Counted from the first letter of the stretch, positions 9,298 to 19,231 are shown. The stretch is DNA of 35,577 nt from an uncultured Candidatus Saccharibacteria bacterium (GCA_964655515.1 CAZZPF010000009.1:1-35577), one strand, 5' to 3'. The notes: generated from the letters alone by a model not told the origin. A program made the numbers and translations.

Positions 9298-11016
9298 ATG
9301 TTCGGCGATTACTTAAAACATGTTCTTGTTTTGATACTTCTCACAGGCATTGCATATTCACTTCCACAAATGCGAGATGCTATGTCTGGAGCTTTTAGCT
9401 TTGGCTATGTACCAGAAAGTGCTGTGTATGTAGAATCCAATACAACCGCAGTTGCTCTAGATTCTCTGGGCACGCTTTGTCCTACGGGCTATGTTTGCTT
9501 TAGAAATAATGATGTGAACGGATTATATAATGCATACTTAAATGCATCTCGCGAGCATGGAAATTTAAATTCAAACGATTTTACAATCACATCACAAAAA
9601 ACATCTGAAACATGGCCTCGTGGTACGCGTCACACCATTACATGGTCGGCTTCTTCTCTTTCTGGTGGAATAGTTCGCGCATATCTTGTATCTACGACAA
9701 ATACAGTTTCTAGTTCAAATCAATCAATAATTGCCGCAACGCCTGTAGAAAAAGGAGTAGCTGAAATAAAACTGAAAGCGCTGGATAATGCGGATATAGG
9801 TAGTTATTATGTCAAAATAGTACTTATTCCACGAGCTGGAGGCAGTGCAATAGCCACAACAAGTAAGGCCACTATTCAAGTTGTGCCTGCTCTCCCTCCT
9901 TCTATGACTATTACAGCTCCTACAGCAGAAACACGCTGGGAAACAGGATCAGTACAACGAGTAACATGGACAGCAAATTTTGTAAAAGGTAAATCAAAAG
10001 GCGATACAGATTATTCAGGAATAAAAATCGTACCCAAATATGGTATAGAACCCGGTAATAGGAGCATTGATGCCAATAAGTTCAACAAGGAAGATCGCAA
10101 TACTCTGATGAGCTTAAGTCCTGAAGATCTTGTTGGTCTTTCTCAACTATCACCAGATTCACTTGCAGATCTTGATCCAACTAAAGTATTGAGTCTTCCT
10201 GGTATTTCTTCTTCTGGTAAAAATATATTGTCTAAACTTTCACCTTTAGGATTTGATATACTCCAAGAGGTTGATGTTTTAGGTTTGGGTGATATTTCTT
10301 TAAATCTTATATTAAAGCCGTTAGAAATAGTTGATAAAATTGATCCAATATCTCATGCAATATTTGGAGGACTCTTTTCAGACGATAAACCAGAAGCAGT
10401 AAAAGCTATCATTTATATCGTTTCTTCAACCGGGCAGGAAACACAGCTAAAGAAAACATATATAGAAAAAGCAAGATCTCGCATTTCTCTAAAAAATGTA
10501 ACTCCGGGCACATACAAGATTAAACTTGTAGCTCAATTGAGAAATAACAAGACCATTATAGCGTTAAGTTCTTCATTCCAAGTCATTGCAAAGTCTTCTG
10601 TTTCTGGGGCTCAAAATACAAACTCCACAGTTTCTCCAATAACAACTCCTACACCACTACCAATTTCTCCAACAACGCCTTCTCCAACCACAATTCCTCC
10701 TCCTTCACCTGCGCCCACACCAGGAACATCTATAACAGTTCTTACGCCTAATGGAGGTGAAATATTTACTCGTGGTAGAGATATGAAAATCACATGGTCA
10801 AGTGTCAATATTGCAAGAAGCGCAAATGTCAGTATATATCTCGTATCAAGCACGGGTGTTGAAACAGCACTTAAAACCAATATCCCAAATGACGGTCTTG
10901 CCACTCCATCAATTCCCAATAGTCTTGGGGCGGGTTTATATAAAGTAAGTATAAAATATGTTAGTGGTACAACTTCTGTGGTAGATATGAGTAATGCCAG
11001 TATAACTATCAACTAG
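9298..11016 (+). CDS. secreted or cell-surface repeat protein with a Pro/Thr-rich linker
   Basis: It has an N-terminal hydrophobic signal/anchor (LVLILLTGIAYSL). Three similar modules are present (ITSQKTSETWPRGTRHTITWSAS, ITAPTAETRWETGSVQRVTWTAN, VLTPNGGEIFTRGRDMKITWSS). The linker reads TTPTPLPISPTTPSPTTIPPPSPAPTPG. Confidence 0.5.
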   Translation: MFGDYLKHVLVLILLTGIAYSLPQMRDAMSGAFSFGYVPESAVYVESNTTAVALDSLGTLCPTGYVCFRNNDVNGLYNAYLNASREHGNLNSNDFTITSQKTSETWPRGTRHTITWSASSLSGGIVRAYLVSTTNTVSSSNQSIIAATPVEKGVAEIKLKALDNADIGSYYVKIVLIPRAGGSAIATTSKATIQVVPALPPSMTITAPTAETRWETGSVQRVTWTANFVKGKSKGDTDYSGIKIVPKYGIEPGNRSIDANKFNKEDRNTLMSLSPEDLVGLSQLSPDSLADLDPTKVLSLPGISSSGKNILSKLSPLGFDILQEVDVLGLGDISLNLILKPLEIVDKIDPISHAIFGGLFSDDKPEAVKAIIYIVSSTGQETQLKKTYIEKARSRISLKNVTPGTYKIKLVAQLRNNKTIIALSSSFQVIAKSSVSGAQNTNSTVSPITTPTPLPISPTTPSPTTIPPPSPAPTPGTSITVLTPNGGEIFTRGRDMKITWSSVNIARSANVSIYLVSSTGVETALKTNIPNDGLATPSIPNSLGAGLYKVSIKYVSGTTSVVDMSNASITIN

Positions 11017-11025
11017 TTTGGTGTA

Positions 11026-14000
11026 TTAAAGTAAATTTAATTTAACAGACAATTCTCTGAGGTTTTTTGCTTCGGAAACTACAGTCTCAAATCTGATGTC
11101 TGAGAGTAAGGCGACTCTGGTAATGTCTTTTTTATTTTTTATAATCAACTCCTTGCCTTTTTCATCGGTATCAACAACAAGCACCGCGTGGTCGTGTATG
11201 GTCAATCCCCTCTCCTTACGCAAATCCTGAATTGCACGCACAAGCTCGCGTACTGTTCCCTCTTCTTTCAATTCAGGCGTTATTGAAACATCCAAAACTA
11301 CTTCTTGGCTAAGAGAAGAATTAAAAATTACTTCTTTTACATTTATTTCGTCTTGTATAAGCTGAACAAGCCCTCTTGGTACAGCACTTTTTACAGTCAA
11401 TTTTGAGAGTGGCTGGCGGACATTTATCTTTGCCTTCATACGCGCTTCAAGGCCGAGGGAGGCAATGCGACGCGCTTCTTTCATGTCGGTAAGGATAGTA
11501 TGATCCGCCTTCGGATATGCCGGCCATTCTTCCAAATGTACACTTTCCTTGCCACCTTTTAATCGTACATAAATATCTTCGGCTAAAAATGGCATAAATG
11601 GCGCAATAAGTTTTGATAAATTTATAAGTACGGTGCGTGTTGTGGCAAGGGCCGCTATTTTGTCTTTTTCATCATCTCCCTTGAAGCGATCTCGTGACCG
11701 GCGAATATACCAAGTAGAAAGGTCATCAATAAAATCAGCAAAAGGACGAATTGCTCTATCAATTTCATATTTCTCAAGATTTAGAGTGACTTCACTTGCA
11801 AGTTCTGCAAAACGATTGACAATCCATATATCAAGGCGGTCTGTGCTTGTTATATCTTTGATATCTACTGTGGCATACATTTCATAAAAAGTGACAACGT
11901 TGTTTAGGCGACCAATGTGTTTTTTCACAACTTCATCTATACCTTTTTCCAAAAAGACAAAGTCTTGTCCACGCACAACAGGTGAAGACATTAGATAATA
12001 ACGCAGAGCGTCTGCGCCATATTTATTTATAATTGGTATAAGGTCAGGAAAGTTATTTTTAGACTTTGACATTTTTTGGCCATCTTCGGCTAAAACTTGA
12101 CCATTTACAACAACTCTCTTAAAAGCAGATTTACCGAAAAGAGCCACACTTAAAACAATCATTGAATAAAACCATCCACGGGTTTGATCCAAACCTTCAG
12201 CAATAAAATCTGCAGGATATCCTTTTGATTTTCTAAAGAAAATATTGCTTGGATCAAATTCTGTTCTATCAAATGGATAATGATATTCTGCAAAGGGCAT
12301 TGATCCAGACTCAAACCAACAATCAAAAACTTCTGGAACACGAATCAGTTTATTTCCCCTGAGAGTAACAAGCTCAAGATCGTCTATAAATGGTTTGTGG
12401 AGATCAAGTTCATATTCAGAGTTATGTGGTAATGGACAGAAGTCCAATTTAGATGGTTTGGCATTTTGATTATAATGATCTCTTGCTCCACGAAGAGCTA
12501 TTGACTGCTTTCTATCCAAACCTTGTACAACGGCAGTTAGTAAAAACAGCGGTGTATCATGAGAAATAATGAGAATATTTTTGTCTTTATATTTTTTTTC
12601 AAGATCATACAGTACATCACCCATACGCTTTTTTATATCAGCATAATTTTCTCCACCTTCGGGGGTTTTTATAAATCTGTCGGCGTGGGCAAAGTTTTTT
12701 ACAAAATGATCAAATGGTTTTCCATTCCACACACCGGCGTTTAGTTCGTGTATTCTGGGTTCAATAATAATTTTTGAGGGATCAAAAGCTAAAATTTTTC
12801 CAATTATATCTGCTGTTTCTCTAGTACGAATAAAAGGAGAAACGAAAACAAGATCAATCTTTTTATCTTTTAACCAAATACCTATTTCCTCGGCTTGCTT
12901 TTTACCTTTTTCTGTTAAGTGGTGGGAATTCTCTGCCACTGAACTTATGACCCTTTTTGTATTATTTTCTGCTTCACCGTGTCTAGTAATATAATAAGTA
13001 TTTTTTGAATGACTATATTTTTTTAATTCTTCTAGTCCAGAAATAACCTTATATTCATCGGTTTTCTCTACTTTCCAGACAGGCAAAGGAGCACCCCAAA
13101 ATCTAGACCGTGATATAGCCCAATCATGCGCATTTGCCAGCCAATTACCGAATCTTCCTTGGCCTATTTCTGGTGGAATCCATTGTATTTTTTTATTTTC
13201 CTTGACCAAGTTATGGCGAAGGGCTGTAACTTTTACAAACCAAGATGAAGAGGCATAATTTAAAAGCGGAGTCTCGCAACGCCAACAATGAGCATACGAA
13301 TGTACGATTTTTTCTTTTTCAAAAAGACTATTGTGATGTGCAAGATATTTTATAATTTCTATATCTGCTTTTTGATGATTGTCTTTTTCTTCATTTGTAT
13401 CTTTTGGCTTAACTGGCTGACCTTGAAAATCTATAACTTCTTTTTTGAAAGTGCCATTTGTGGCTATATGTTGAATAAAAGGTAAAGAATATTTAAGTGA
13501 CAAATCATAATCATCAGAACCAAAAGCAGGAGCAACATGTACTATTCCGGTGCCATCTTCCGTAGTAACAAAATCCGCACCATAAACCTTCCAACCATTT
13601 TGGTGATTTTTTAGGTTTTTATCATTAAAGTAATATGGAAAAACTGCTTCATATGATTTTCCTATGAAATTTTCTCCTTTTATTTCTTCAAGAATCTTGT
13701 ATTCTTTTTTAAGTACTGAAAGTCTATTTTTTGCAATAATAAATTTTTCATTAGCTATTTGAACTTTTGCATATTCAATATTGGCATTGACGGCAAGTGC
13801 AGAATTCCCCGGAAGCGTCCATGGTGTTGTCGTCCAAGCCAGAAAATATGTAGGTGATTCTTCATCAGACTGATCTAGTAATTTAAATTTTACATAAACA
13901 AAAATATCGGTAATATCTTTATATCCTAGATTAACTTCAAAATTTGAAAGTGTGGTCTCACATCTAGGGCAAAGATTCATAGACTTGAAACCTTCATAGA

Positions 14001-14517
14001 TTAAACCTTTTTTATAGAGTTCAGAAAATGCCCACCAGACGGATTCTGTATAACTAGCATCCATGGTACGATAATCATTATTCATATCCACCCATCGTCC
14101 AAGCCGAGGTATAATCCTCCGCCAATCTTCCGCATAACGCATTACACTTTCACGAGCCATGGCATTGAATTTTTCAATTCCATATTCAAGAATATCTTTC
14201 TTTGAACCAAGTTCCAGTTCTTTTTCAACAATATTTTCTACAGGCAATCCATGACAATCCCATCCCCAGCGCCGTTTCACATAATATCCTCGCATAGTTT
14301 TATAGCGAGGGATTATATCTTTTATTGTTCCAGGCACAATGTGTCCATAGTGCGGCTCGCCTGTTGCAAAGGGTGGCCCATCATAAAAAACAAACTGCCC
14401 TTTTGGTGATGGCTTTTCTAGAGATTTTTTAAAAATTTCATTCTTTTCCCAAAAAGCTAGTATCTTTTCTTCATTTTCTGCCATTTTGCTCTTTTCGGGC
14501 TTTTGTTCATTCTGCAT
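11026..14517 (-). CDS. ileS: isoleucine--tRNA ligase with an internal histidine-phosphatase (PGAM-like) domain insertion
   Basis: PPFATGEPHYGH is the HIGH motif, WTTTPWTLPGN marks the editing domain, WAISRSRFWGAPLPVW is conserved, and KMSKSKNN is the KMSKS motif. A module of about 200 aa carrying RHGE...SPFIRTRETA...ISHD is inserted (see findings). The start may instead be the ATG at 14484 (MAENEEKILAFW). Confidence 0.9.
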   Translation of the reverse strand: MQNEQKPEKSKMAENEEKILAFWEKNEIFKKSLEKPSPKGQFVFYDGPPFATGEPHYGHIVPGTIKDIIPRYKTMRGYYVKRRWGWDCHGLPVENIVEKELELGSKKDILEYGIEKFNAMARESVMRYAEDWRRIIPRLGRWVDMNNDYRTMDASYTESVWWAFSELYKKGLIYEGFKSMNLCPRCETTLSNFEVNLGYKDITDIFVYVKFKLLDQSDEESPTYFLAWTTTPWTLPGNSALAVNANIEYAKVQIANEKFIIAKNRLSVLKKEYKILEEIKGENFIGKSYEAVFPYYFNDKNLKNHQNGWKVYGADFVTTEDGTGIVHVAPAFGSDDYDLSLKYSLPFIQHIATNGTFKKEVIDFQGQPVKPKDTNEEKDNHQKADIEIIKYLAHHNSLFEKEKIVHSYAHCWRCETPLLNYASSSWFVKVTALRHNLVKENKKIQWIPPEIGQGRFGNWLANAHDWAISRSRFWGAPLPVWKVEKTDEYKVISGLEELKKYSHSKNTYYITRHGEAENNTKRVISSVAENSHHLTEKGKKQAEEIGIWLKDKKIDLVFVSPFIRTRETADIIGKILAFDPSKIIIEPRIHELNAGVWNGKPFDHFVKNFAHADRFIKTPEGGENYADIKKRMGDVLYDLEKKYKDKNILIISHDTPLFLLTAVVQGLDRKQSIALRGARDHYNQNAKPSKLDFCPLPHNSEYELDLHKPFIDDLELVTLRGNKLIRVPEVFDCWFESGSMPFAEYHYPFDRTEFDPSNIFFRKSKGYPADFIAEGLDQTRGWFYSMIVLSVALFGKSAFKRVVVNGQVLAEDGQKMSKSKNNFPDLIPIINKYGADALRYYLMSSPVVRGQDFVFLEKGIDEVVKKHIGRLNNVVTFYEMYATVDIKDITSTDRLDIWIVNRFAELASEVTLNLEKYEIDRAIRPFADFIDDLSTWYIRRSRDRFKGDDEKDKIAALATTRTVLINLSKLIAPFMPFLAEDIYVRLKGGKESVHLEEWPAYPKADHTILTDMKEARRIASLGLEARMKAKINVRQPLSKLTVKSAVPRGLVQLIQDEINVKEVIFNSSLSQEVVLDVSITPELKEEGTVRELVRAIQDLRKERGLTIHDHAVLVVDTDEKGKELIIKNKKDITRVALLSDIRFETVVSEAKNLRELSVKLNLL

Positions 14518-14529
14518 AGAGATATTCTA

Positions 14530-16230
14530 TCACATTCTCTTTGGCACTTTTATACCCAAAATCCATAAACCATTTTTCATAACCTGTGCAAATACTTTTG
14601 TTAGAGTAACTCTATAAGGCGACACGGGATCTTTTTTATCAATAATTTTATGGATTGAATAATAAGAATTGAACGCTGAAGCAAGTTCTGTGAGATAAGT
14701 CACTATATGTTGTGGCGAGTATTCAAGACGAGCTCTCTCAATAATTTCTGGAAATCTCACCAGAAGTTTTTCAAGAAGTGCAACTTTATCTGGCAATTCC
14801 GTTACTTTTTCTGAAATACCAACTTCTATTGCTTTTGCCAAAACGGCATTAGCACGAACAAATGAATATTGTAAATATGGTCCAGAATCACCATCAAAAG
14901 AAACTGCTTTTGATGGATCATAGATAATATCTCCCCCGATGGCCTGACGAAGTATTGTATATTTTAGAGCCGCTATAGTAATTATTTCTTTTATTTCTTC
15001 ATATTCTTTTTCATCAAAATTCCTATCTTTTATTTTCTTTTCTACGAGAATTTCAAACTCTCTCATTAATTCTTCCGCAGAAATAATATTGCCTTTTCTA
15101 GAAGACATTTTCCCAGACGCGGGACGCAGAATTCCATGGCTAATATGCTTCATTTTTGAAGCTATATCAGGATAAATTACTTTTAGCACAGCATGTATGA
15201 CATTGAAATAATCATTTTGTTCATTGGCAGTAACAACTATTGATTCATCTAAATCTGGATAAAGTTCAAATTTCTTTTTCGTCAAACCAAGCTCTTTTGT
15301 TTCATAAGTTGGCAAACCTTCGTGAGTAATGAAAACGCGAGTATGTTCTCCATACTTTTCTCCAGAAAAAATAATTGCTCCTTGGCTTTTTTCAAAAACT
15401 TCTTTTTTTGTAAATTCATGGACAATTTTCAGACCTTGTTGAGAAACCTCACTTTCAAAGAAAAAATGATCAAATTTTGTGCCTAACTTTTTATAAATAA
15501 TATCAAAATATTTTAAACTTAAATTTCTACCTTTTTTGTATACTTTATTTATCTCTTCATCAATATGTTCAAAAATTTTCTTATTTATTTCTATAATCTC
15601 TTTTTTGGCCATTTCATCTTTTTCGTATTTTTCTGAACCAATAACATACATATCTCCTAAATATTTTATGTTGTATTTTATTTTTGATTCAAATTTTCCA
15701 TTCTCAAGCACAGCCCAAATTGTTTTTGCCACATGAAGACCGATGTCTCCTTGATAACAAGCACGGATTACTTTTGCTCCGGAAAATTCAATCATTCTAG
15801 AGATGCATTCACCAATGGTATTTGCCATAACATGGCCGATGTGAAAAATTTTAAAAGGATTGGGATCAGTGTACTCTATCATCACTTTTTTGCCATTATC
15901 TAAACCTATCTTTCCAAATTGCTTCAATTGTTTTGAAGTCTCTAATATTTCTTTTAAAAAATAATGATCTGTTAATTTTATATTTATAAATCCTGGACTT
16001 GCAATTTTAACTGAAATAACTTCTTTGGGTATAGACTTTTTAAACTCTTCAATAATTTTCTGTGCGAGAAGTTTGGGACTAGTTTTTAGTTGTTTGGCAT
16101 AGACAAGAGCAAGATTAGTTGAAAAATCTCCAAAATCATTGTCTTCTGGATGTTCTAAATTAACCTTATAATCAGAAATACCTAGCTTTTCTAGGGCTTT
16201 TTCTAGGGCTTTTTTAAGTTCATCTATCAT
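14530..16230 (-). CDS. argS: arginine--tRNA ligase
   Basis: It has an N-terminal Arg-tRNA-binding-like domain. MIEYTDPNPFKIFHIGH supplies the HIGH motif. The anticodon-binding C-terminus ends ...VPKRM, as in ArgRS. Confidence 0.9.
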   Translation of the reverse strand: MIDELKKALEKALEKLGISDYKVNLEHPEDNDFGDFSTNLALVYAKQLKTSPKLLAQKIIEEFKKSIPKEVISVKIASPGFINIKLTDHYFLKEILETSKQLKQFGKIGLDNGKKVMIEYTDPNPFKIFHIGHVMANTIGECISRMIEFSGAKVIRACYQGDIGLHVAKTIWAVLENGKFESKIKYNIKYLGDMYVIGSEKYEKDEMAKKEIIEINKKIFEHIDEEINKVYKKGRNLSLKYFDIIYKKLGTKFDHFFFESEVSQQGLKIVHEFTKKEVFEKSQGAIIFSGEKYGEHTRVFITHEGLPTYETKELGLTKKKFELYPDLDESIVVTANEQNDYFNVIHAVLKVIYPDIASKMKHISHGILRPASGKMSSRKGNIISAEELMREFEILVEKKIKDRNFDEKEYEEIKEIITIAALKYTILRQAIGGDIIYDPSKAVSFDGDSGPYLQYSFVRANAVLAKAIEVGISEKVTELPDKVALLEKLLVRFPEIIERARLEYSPQHIVTYLTELASAFNSYYSIHKIIDKKDPVSPYRVTLTKVFAQVMKNGLWILGIKVPKRM

Positions 16231-16299
16231 AAATATATTCTATCATTAAAAGCTAAAATGATGTTAAAGTTGACAAATTTTTGTTTTCTGTTACGCTAT

Positions 16300-16417
16300 C
16301 TATACATTAGCATTTGGGTGGTTCCCATGGTTTCCATGGTTCCCAACTAATGAGAAAAGCGCGGCCGAAGTTAATCGGGTCCTGCATGAAGGAATCATGC
16401 AGGACTTTCTTTTTTAT
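16300..16417 (+). ncRNA. candidate small RNA of about 110 nt, unknown family
   Basis: No plus-strand ORF occupies this intergenic region, yet a strong plus-oriented intrinsic terminator is present. A possible promoter is TTGACA (16270-16275), a 16-nt spacer, then TACGCT (16292-16297). The body is locally GC-rich and contains CCATGG-TTT-CCATGG. Confidence 0.25.
16379..16417 (+). terminator. rho-independent terminator (11-bp perfect stem, 5-nt loop, T-tract)
   Basis: gtcctgcatga (16379-16389) pairs perfectly with tcatgcaggac (16395-16405). The following sequence is tttcttttttat. On the minus strand there is no U-tract after the hairpin. Confidence 0.6.
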
Positions 16418-16439
16418 ATAAATTTTTGGCTTATATAAA

Positions 16440-17648
16440 TTATTTCTTCAAAATCTTATCAATTCTATCTGCAATCTTTTTCATGTCTTTTTCTTTTTTT
16501 CCTCTAGTTGTTTCTGCGGCAGTGCCAAGACGAATACCTGAAGGATCAACAGGTGAACGAGTATCAAATGGAATTGTATTTTTATTTACAATAATTCCTT
16601 CTTTTTCAAGTCTATCACTTGCCTCTTTTCCTGAAATTCCTCCTAAAGTTTTATTACCATCCATCCATGTATCAATCAATATGAGGTGGCTATCGGTTCC
16701 TCCAGAAATAATTCTCCAGCCTTTTTTCATAAGTTCATCTGCCAAAACTTTTGCATTTTTTACAACTTGCTTCGCGTATTTTTTAAAATCTGCAGTAGAG
16801 GCCTCTTTTAGAGCTACTGCAACCGCTGCAATCTGATTCATATGAGGACCACCCTGAAGTCCTGGAAATACTGCTTTGTCTATTTTTTTACCGAGTTCTA
16901 GCTGTTTATTATCTTTGTCATTTCCTTTGTCTCTCTTTGAAAAAATAATTGCACTGCGAGGTCCGCGAAGTGTCTTGTGAACAGTGGTGGTAACAATATC
17001 CGCATATTCAAATGGCGATGGATAAACTTTGCCAGCTATAAGACCTGCTATATGTGACATGTCTATCATAAGAAATGCTTCACAACTATCAGCAACTTCT
17101 CTCAATTTTTTAAAATCAATTATTCGTGGATATGCTGTATATCCACCAACAACGATTGCTGGTTTTTCACGCATAGCAATCTCTTTTAATTCATCATAAT
17201 TCAAGACTTCGGTTTTTTTATCAACTCCATATGAAACTTGAGTCCAAAATTTCCCTGAAGCAGAAACTTTGTGACCGTGCGTAAGATGTCCTCCTTGATC
17301 CAGAGACATTCCCATTATTTTCCCGCCCACAGGAACTAGTGCCAAATAAACTGCCAGATTGGCTGGTGATCCAGATAGAGCTTGGACATTTACATTCCAT
17401 TCTTCTGGTTTAAGATCAAAAAGCTTTAGGGCGCGTTTTTTACATAAATCTTCTAATTTATCAACATTTTCATTGCCTCCATAATATCTTAATTTTGAAT
17501 ATCCTTCTGCATACTTGTTCGTAAACTCCGAACCAAGTGCCTCCAACACATCTTTTGACACATAGTTTTCTGATGCAATAAGGTTAATAACCTTTCTTTG
17601 GCGTTTTTTTTCGGATTCTATTAGATTTTTTATAACTAGGTCTTTCAT
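16440..17648 (-). CDS. glyA: serine hydroxymethyltransferase
   Basis: LIASENYVSKDVLEALGSEFTNKYAEGY is present, and the PLP-lysine region reads TTTVHKTLRGPR. Confidence 0.92.
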   Translation of the reverse strand: MKDLVIKNLIESEKKRQRKVINLIASENYVSKDVLEALGSEFTNKYAEGYSKLRYYGGNENVDKLEDLCKKRALKLFDLKPEEWNVNVQALSGSPANLAVYLALVPVGGKIMGMSLDQGGHLTHGHKVSASGKFWTQVSYGVDKKTEVLNYDELKEIAMREKPAIVVGGYTAYPRIIDFKKLREVADSCEAFLMIDMSHIAGLIAGKVYPSPFEYADIVTTTVHKTLRGPRSAIIFSKRDKGNDKDNKQLELGKKIDKAVFPGLQGGPHMNQIAAVAVALKEASTADFKKYAKQVVKNAKVLADELMKKGWRIISGGTDSHLILIDTWMDGNKTLGGISGKEASDRLEKEGIIVNKNTIPFDTRSPVDPSGIRLGTAAETTRGKKEKDMKKIADRIDKILKK

Positions 17649-17664
17649 GAACGCAATTGTAGTT

Positions 17665-18288
17665 TTATTTCAATATAGAGTCAATTTTCTCAATAAAATC
17701 TTTTTTTACTTCTTCAAAGGGTTTGTTAGCATCAATAACTGTATGGGGGACTTTTTTAAAAAATTTAACATATCCATCACGCAATCTTTTGTGAAAAGAT
17801 AATTCTCTTTCATCAAAATGATTGCCTTCATTTGATTTTGTGTTTCTGGAACCGGAACGATATAGTCCTTTTTCTATATCTACATCAATATAAATGTATA
17901 AATCTGGCAATCTGGAAATTTTAGAACGAAGATTCCAAAATAAATCCTCAATGTGTTTCGCTTTTTGTGCATGAATTTGATAGGCGTATGAAGATGCGTC
18001 AAATCGATCAGTGATAACATGTTGACCTTTTTTAAATGCTGGAAGAATGAGTTTTGATATATGATCAAAGCGCGAAGCAAACATAAGACAAATCATTGTT
18101 TCAGCTGTGGCATATTTTGAAAGTGGGTGCTTTAGCGCTACATCACGAATAATTTCGCCAAATCTTGAACCACCCGGCTCACGGGTAATAAGCACATTGT
18201 TACCAAATTTTTCTTTAAGAGTTTTTAGAAGTGAGGATTTCCCTGATCCCTCTCCTCCTTCTATGGCAATAAATTTTGGTTTTTTCAT
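17665..18288 (-). CDS. tmk: thymidylate kinase
   Basis: The P-loop reads FIAIEGGEGSGKSS, followed by TREPGG and the DRF...S.AYQ pattern. Confidence 0.85.
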   Translation of the reverse strand: MKKPKFIAIEGGEGSGKSSLLKTLKEKFGNNVLITREPGGSRFGEIIRDVALKHPLSKYATAETMICLMFASRFDHISKLILPAFKKGQHVITDRFDASSYAYQIHAQKAKHIEDLFWNLRSKISRLPDLYIYIDVDIEKGLYRSGSRNTKSNEGNHFDERELSFHKRLRDGYVKFFKKVPHTVIDANKPFEEVKKDFIEKIDSILK

Positions 18289-18368
18289 ATTATTTCAGTA
18301 AGTCTATCATTGTAGACTAATACTTACAAAAAAGTATAATTAAGTAAGAAAAAATGTATAATTGACTT

Positions 18369-19217
18369 ATGAAAAATTACAATTCATTACTTAAAGAGAT
18401 AATGGACACTGGTTCAGATAGAGAAGGACGAAATGGTTTTACGCGAGGAGTTTTTACAAGAGAACTTAGGTTTAGAATGAAAGATGGCTTCCCAGCAACC
18501 ACAACGAAAAAATTGGCTTTCAGAAGTGTGGCTGCTGAACTTTTCTGGTTTATATCTGGCTCCAATGATAATAAGATATTGAAAAGACTCGGTTGTGAAA
18601 TATGGACTGCAAATGCCAATTCAGATTATTGGAAACCTAAGGCAAAATTTGATGGTGATTTAGGAAGAGTTTATGGTGTTCAGTGGAGATCATGGAAAAA
18701 ATCAGATGGATCTACTGTGGATCAGCTGGCATCAATCATTGAAAAGATAAAAAAAGATCCCAATGATCGTAGATTAATAGTTTCCGCATGGAATGCGGGT
18801 GAAATTGAGGAAATGGCCTTACCACCATGTCACATGATCTTTCAGTTTTTCGTAACAAATAAAAAACTTTCACTCCATATGTTCCAAAGAAGTTGTGATA
18901 TGTTTTTGGGTGTTCCATTCAACATTGCGTCATACGCTCTTTTGCTACATCTCATAGCACATATAACAAATCTTGAGCCAGATGAGCTTATTTTAACTTT
19001 AGGTGATGCGCATATATACCACGATCATTTTGATGCAGTAAAAGAGCAATTATCTAGAGAACCAATGTCATTACCTAGATTATGGCTGAATCCTCACATT
19101 AAAACTCTTGAAGATATTGATGTATCAAAAATGCAGACCGCTGAAGATATTTACAAATTTGTTAAACTTGAAATGTATGCTTATCATCCGCCCATCAAGG
19201 CAAAAATGGCTGTGTAG
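18369..19217 (+). CDS. thyA: thymidylate synthase (ThyA type)
   Basis: The catalytic Cys is in LPPCHMIFQFFV. Other motifs are RRLIVSAWN, LSLHMFQRSCDMFLGVPFNIASYALL and GDAHIY. Confidence 0.92.
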   Translation: MKNYNSLLKEIMDTGSDREGRNGFTRGVFTRELRFRMKDGFPATTTKKLAFRSVAAELFWFISGSNDNKILKRLGCEIWTANANSDYWKPKAKFDGDLGRVYGVQWRSWKKSDGSTVDQLASIIEKIKKDPNDRRLIVSAWNAGEIEEMALPPCHMIFQFFVTNKKLSLHMFQRSCDMFLGVPFNIASYALLLHLIAHITNLEPDELILTLGDAHIYHDHFDAVKEQLSREPMSLPRLWLNPHIKTLEDIDVSKMQTAEDIYKFVKLEMYAYHPPIKAKMAV

Positions 19218-19231
19218 ATAGGATATATATT

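Noticed and set aside
16316-16325. T-box riboswitch-like GGGTGGTTCC sequence upstream of a terminator
   Set aside because: It lies on the plus strand with no downstream plus-strand gene. It sits about 50 nt from the terminator rather than overlapping it as an antiterminator would. Only about 80 nt lie upstream, too few for Stem I and a specifier loop.
16258-16350. 30-codon plus-strand ORF (MMLKLTNFCFLLRYLYISIWVVPMVSMVPN)
   Set aside because: It has no RBS and starts upstream of the only plausible promoter. Its low-complexity composition also argues against it. It is more likely non-coding.
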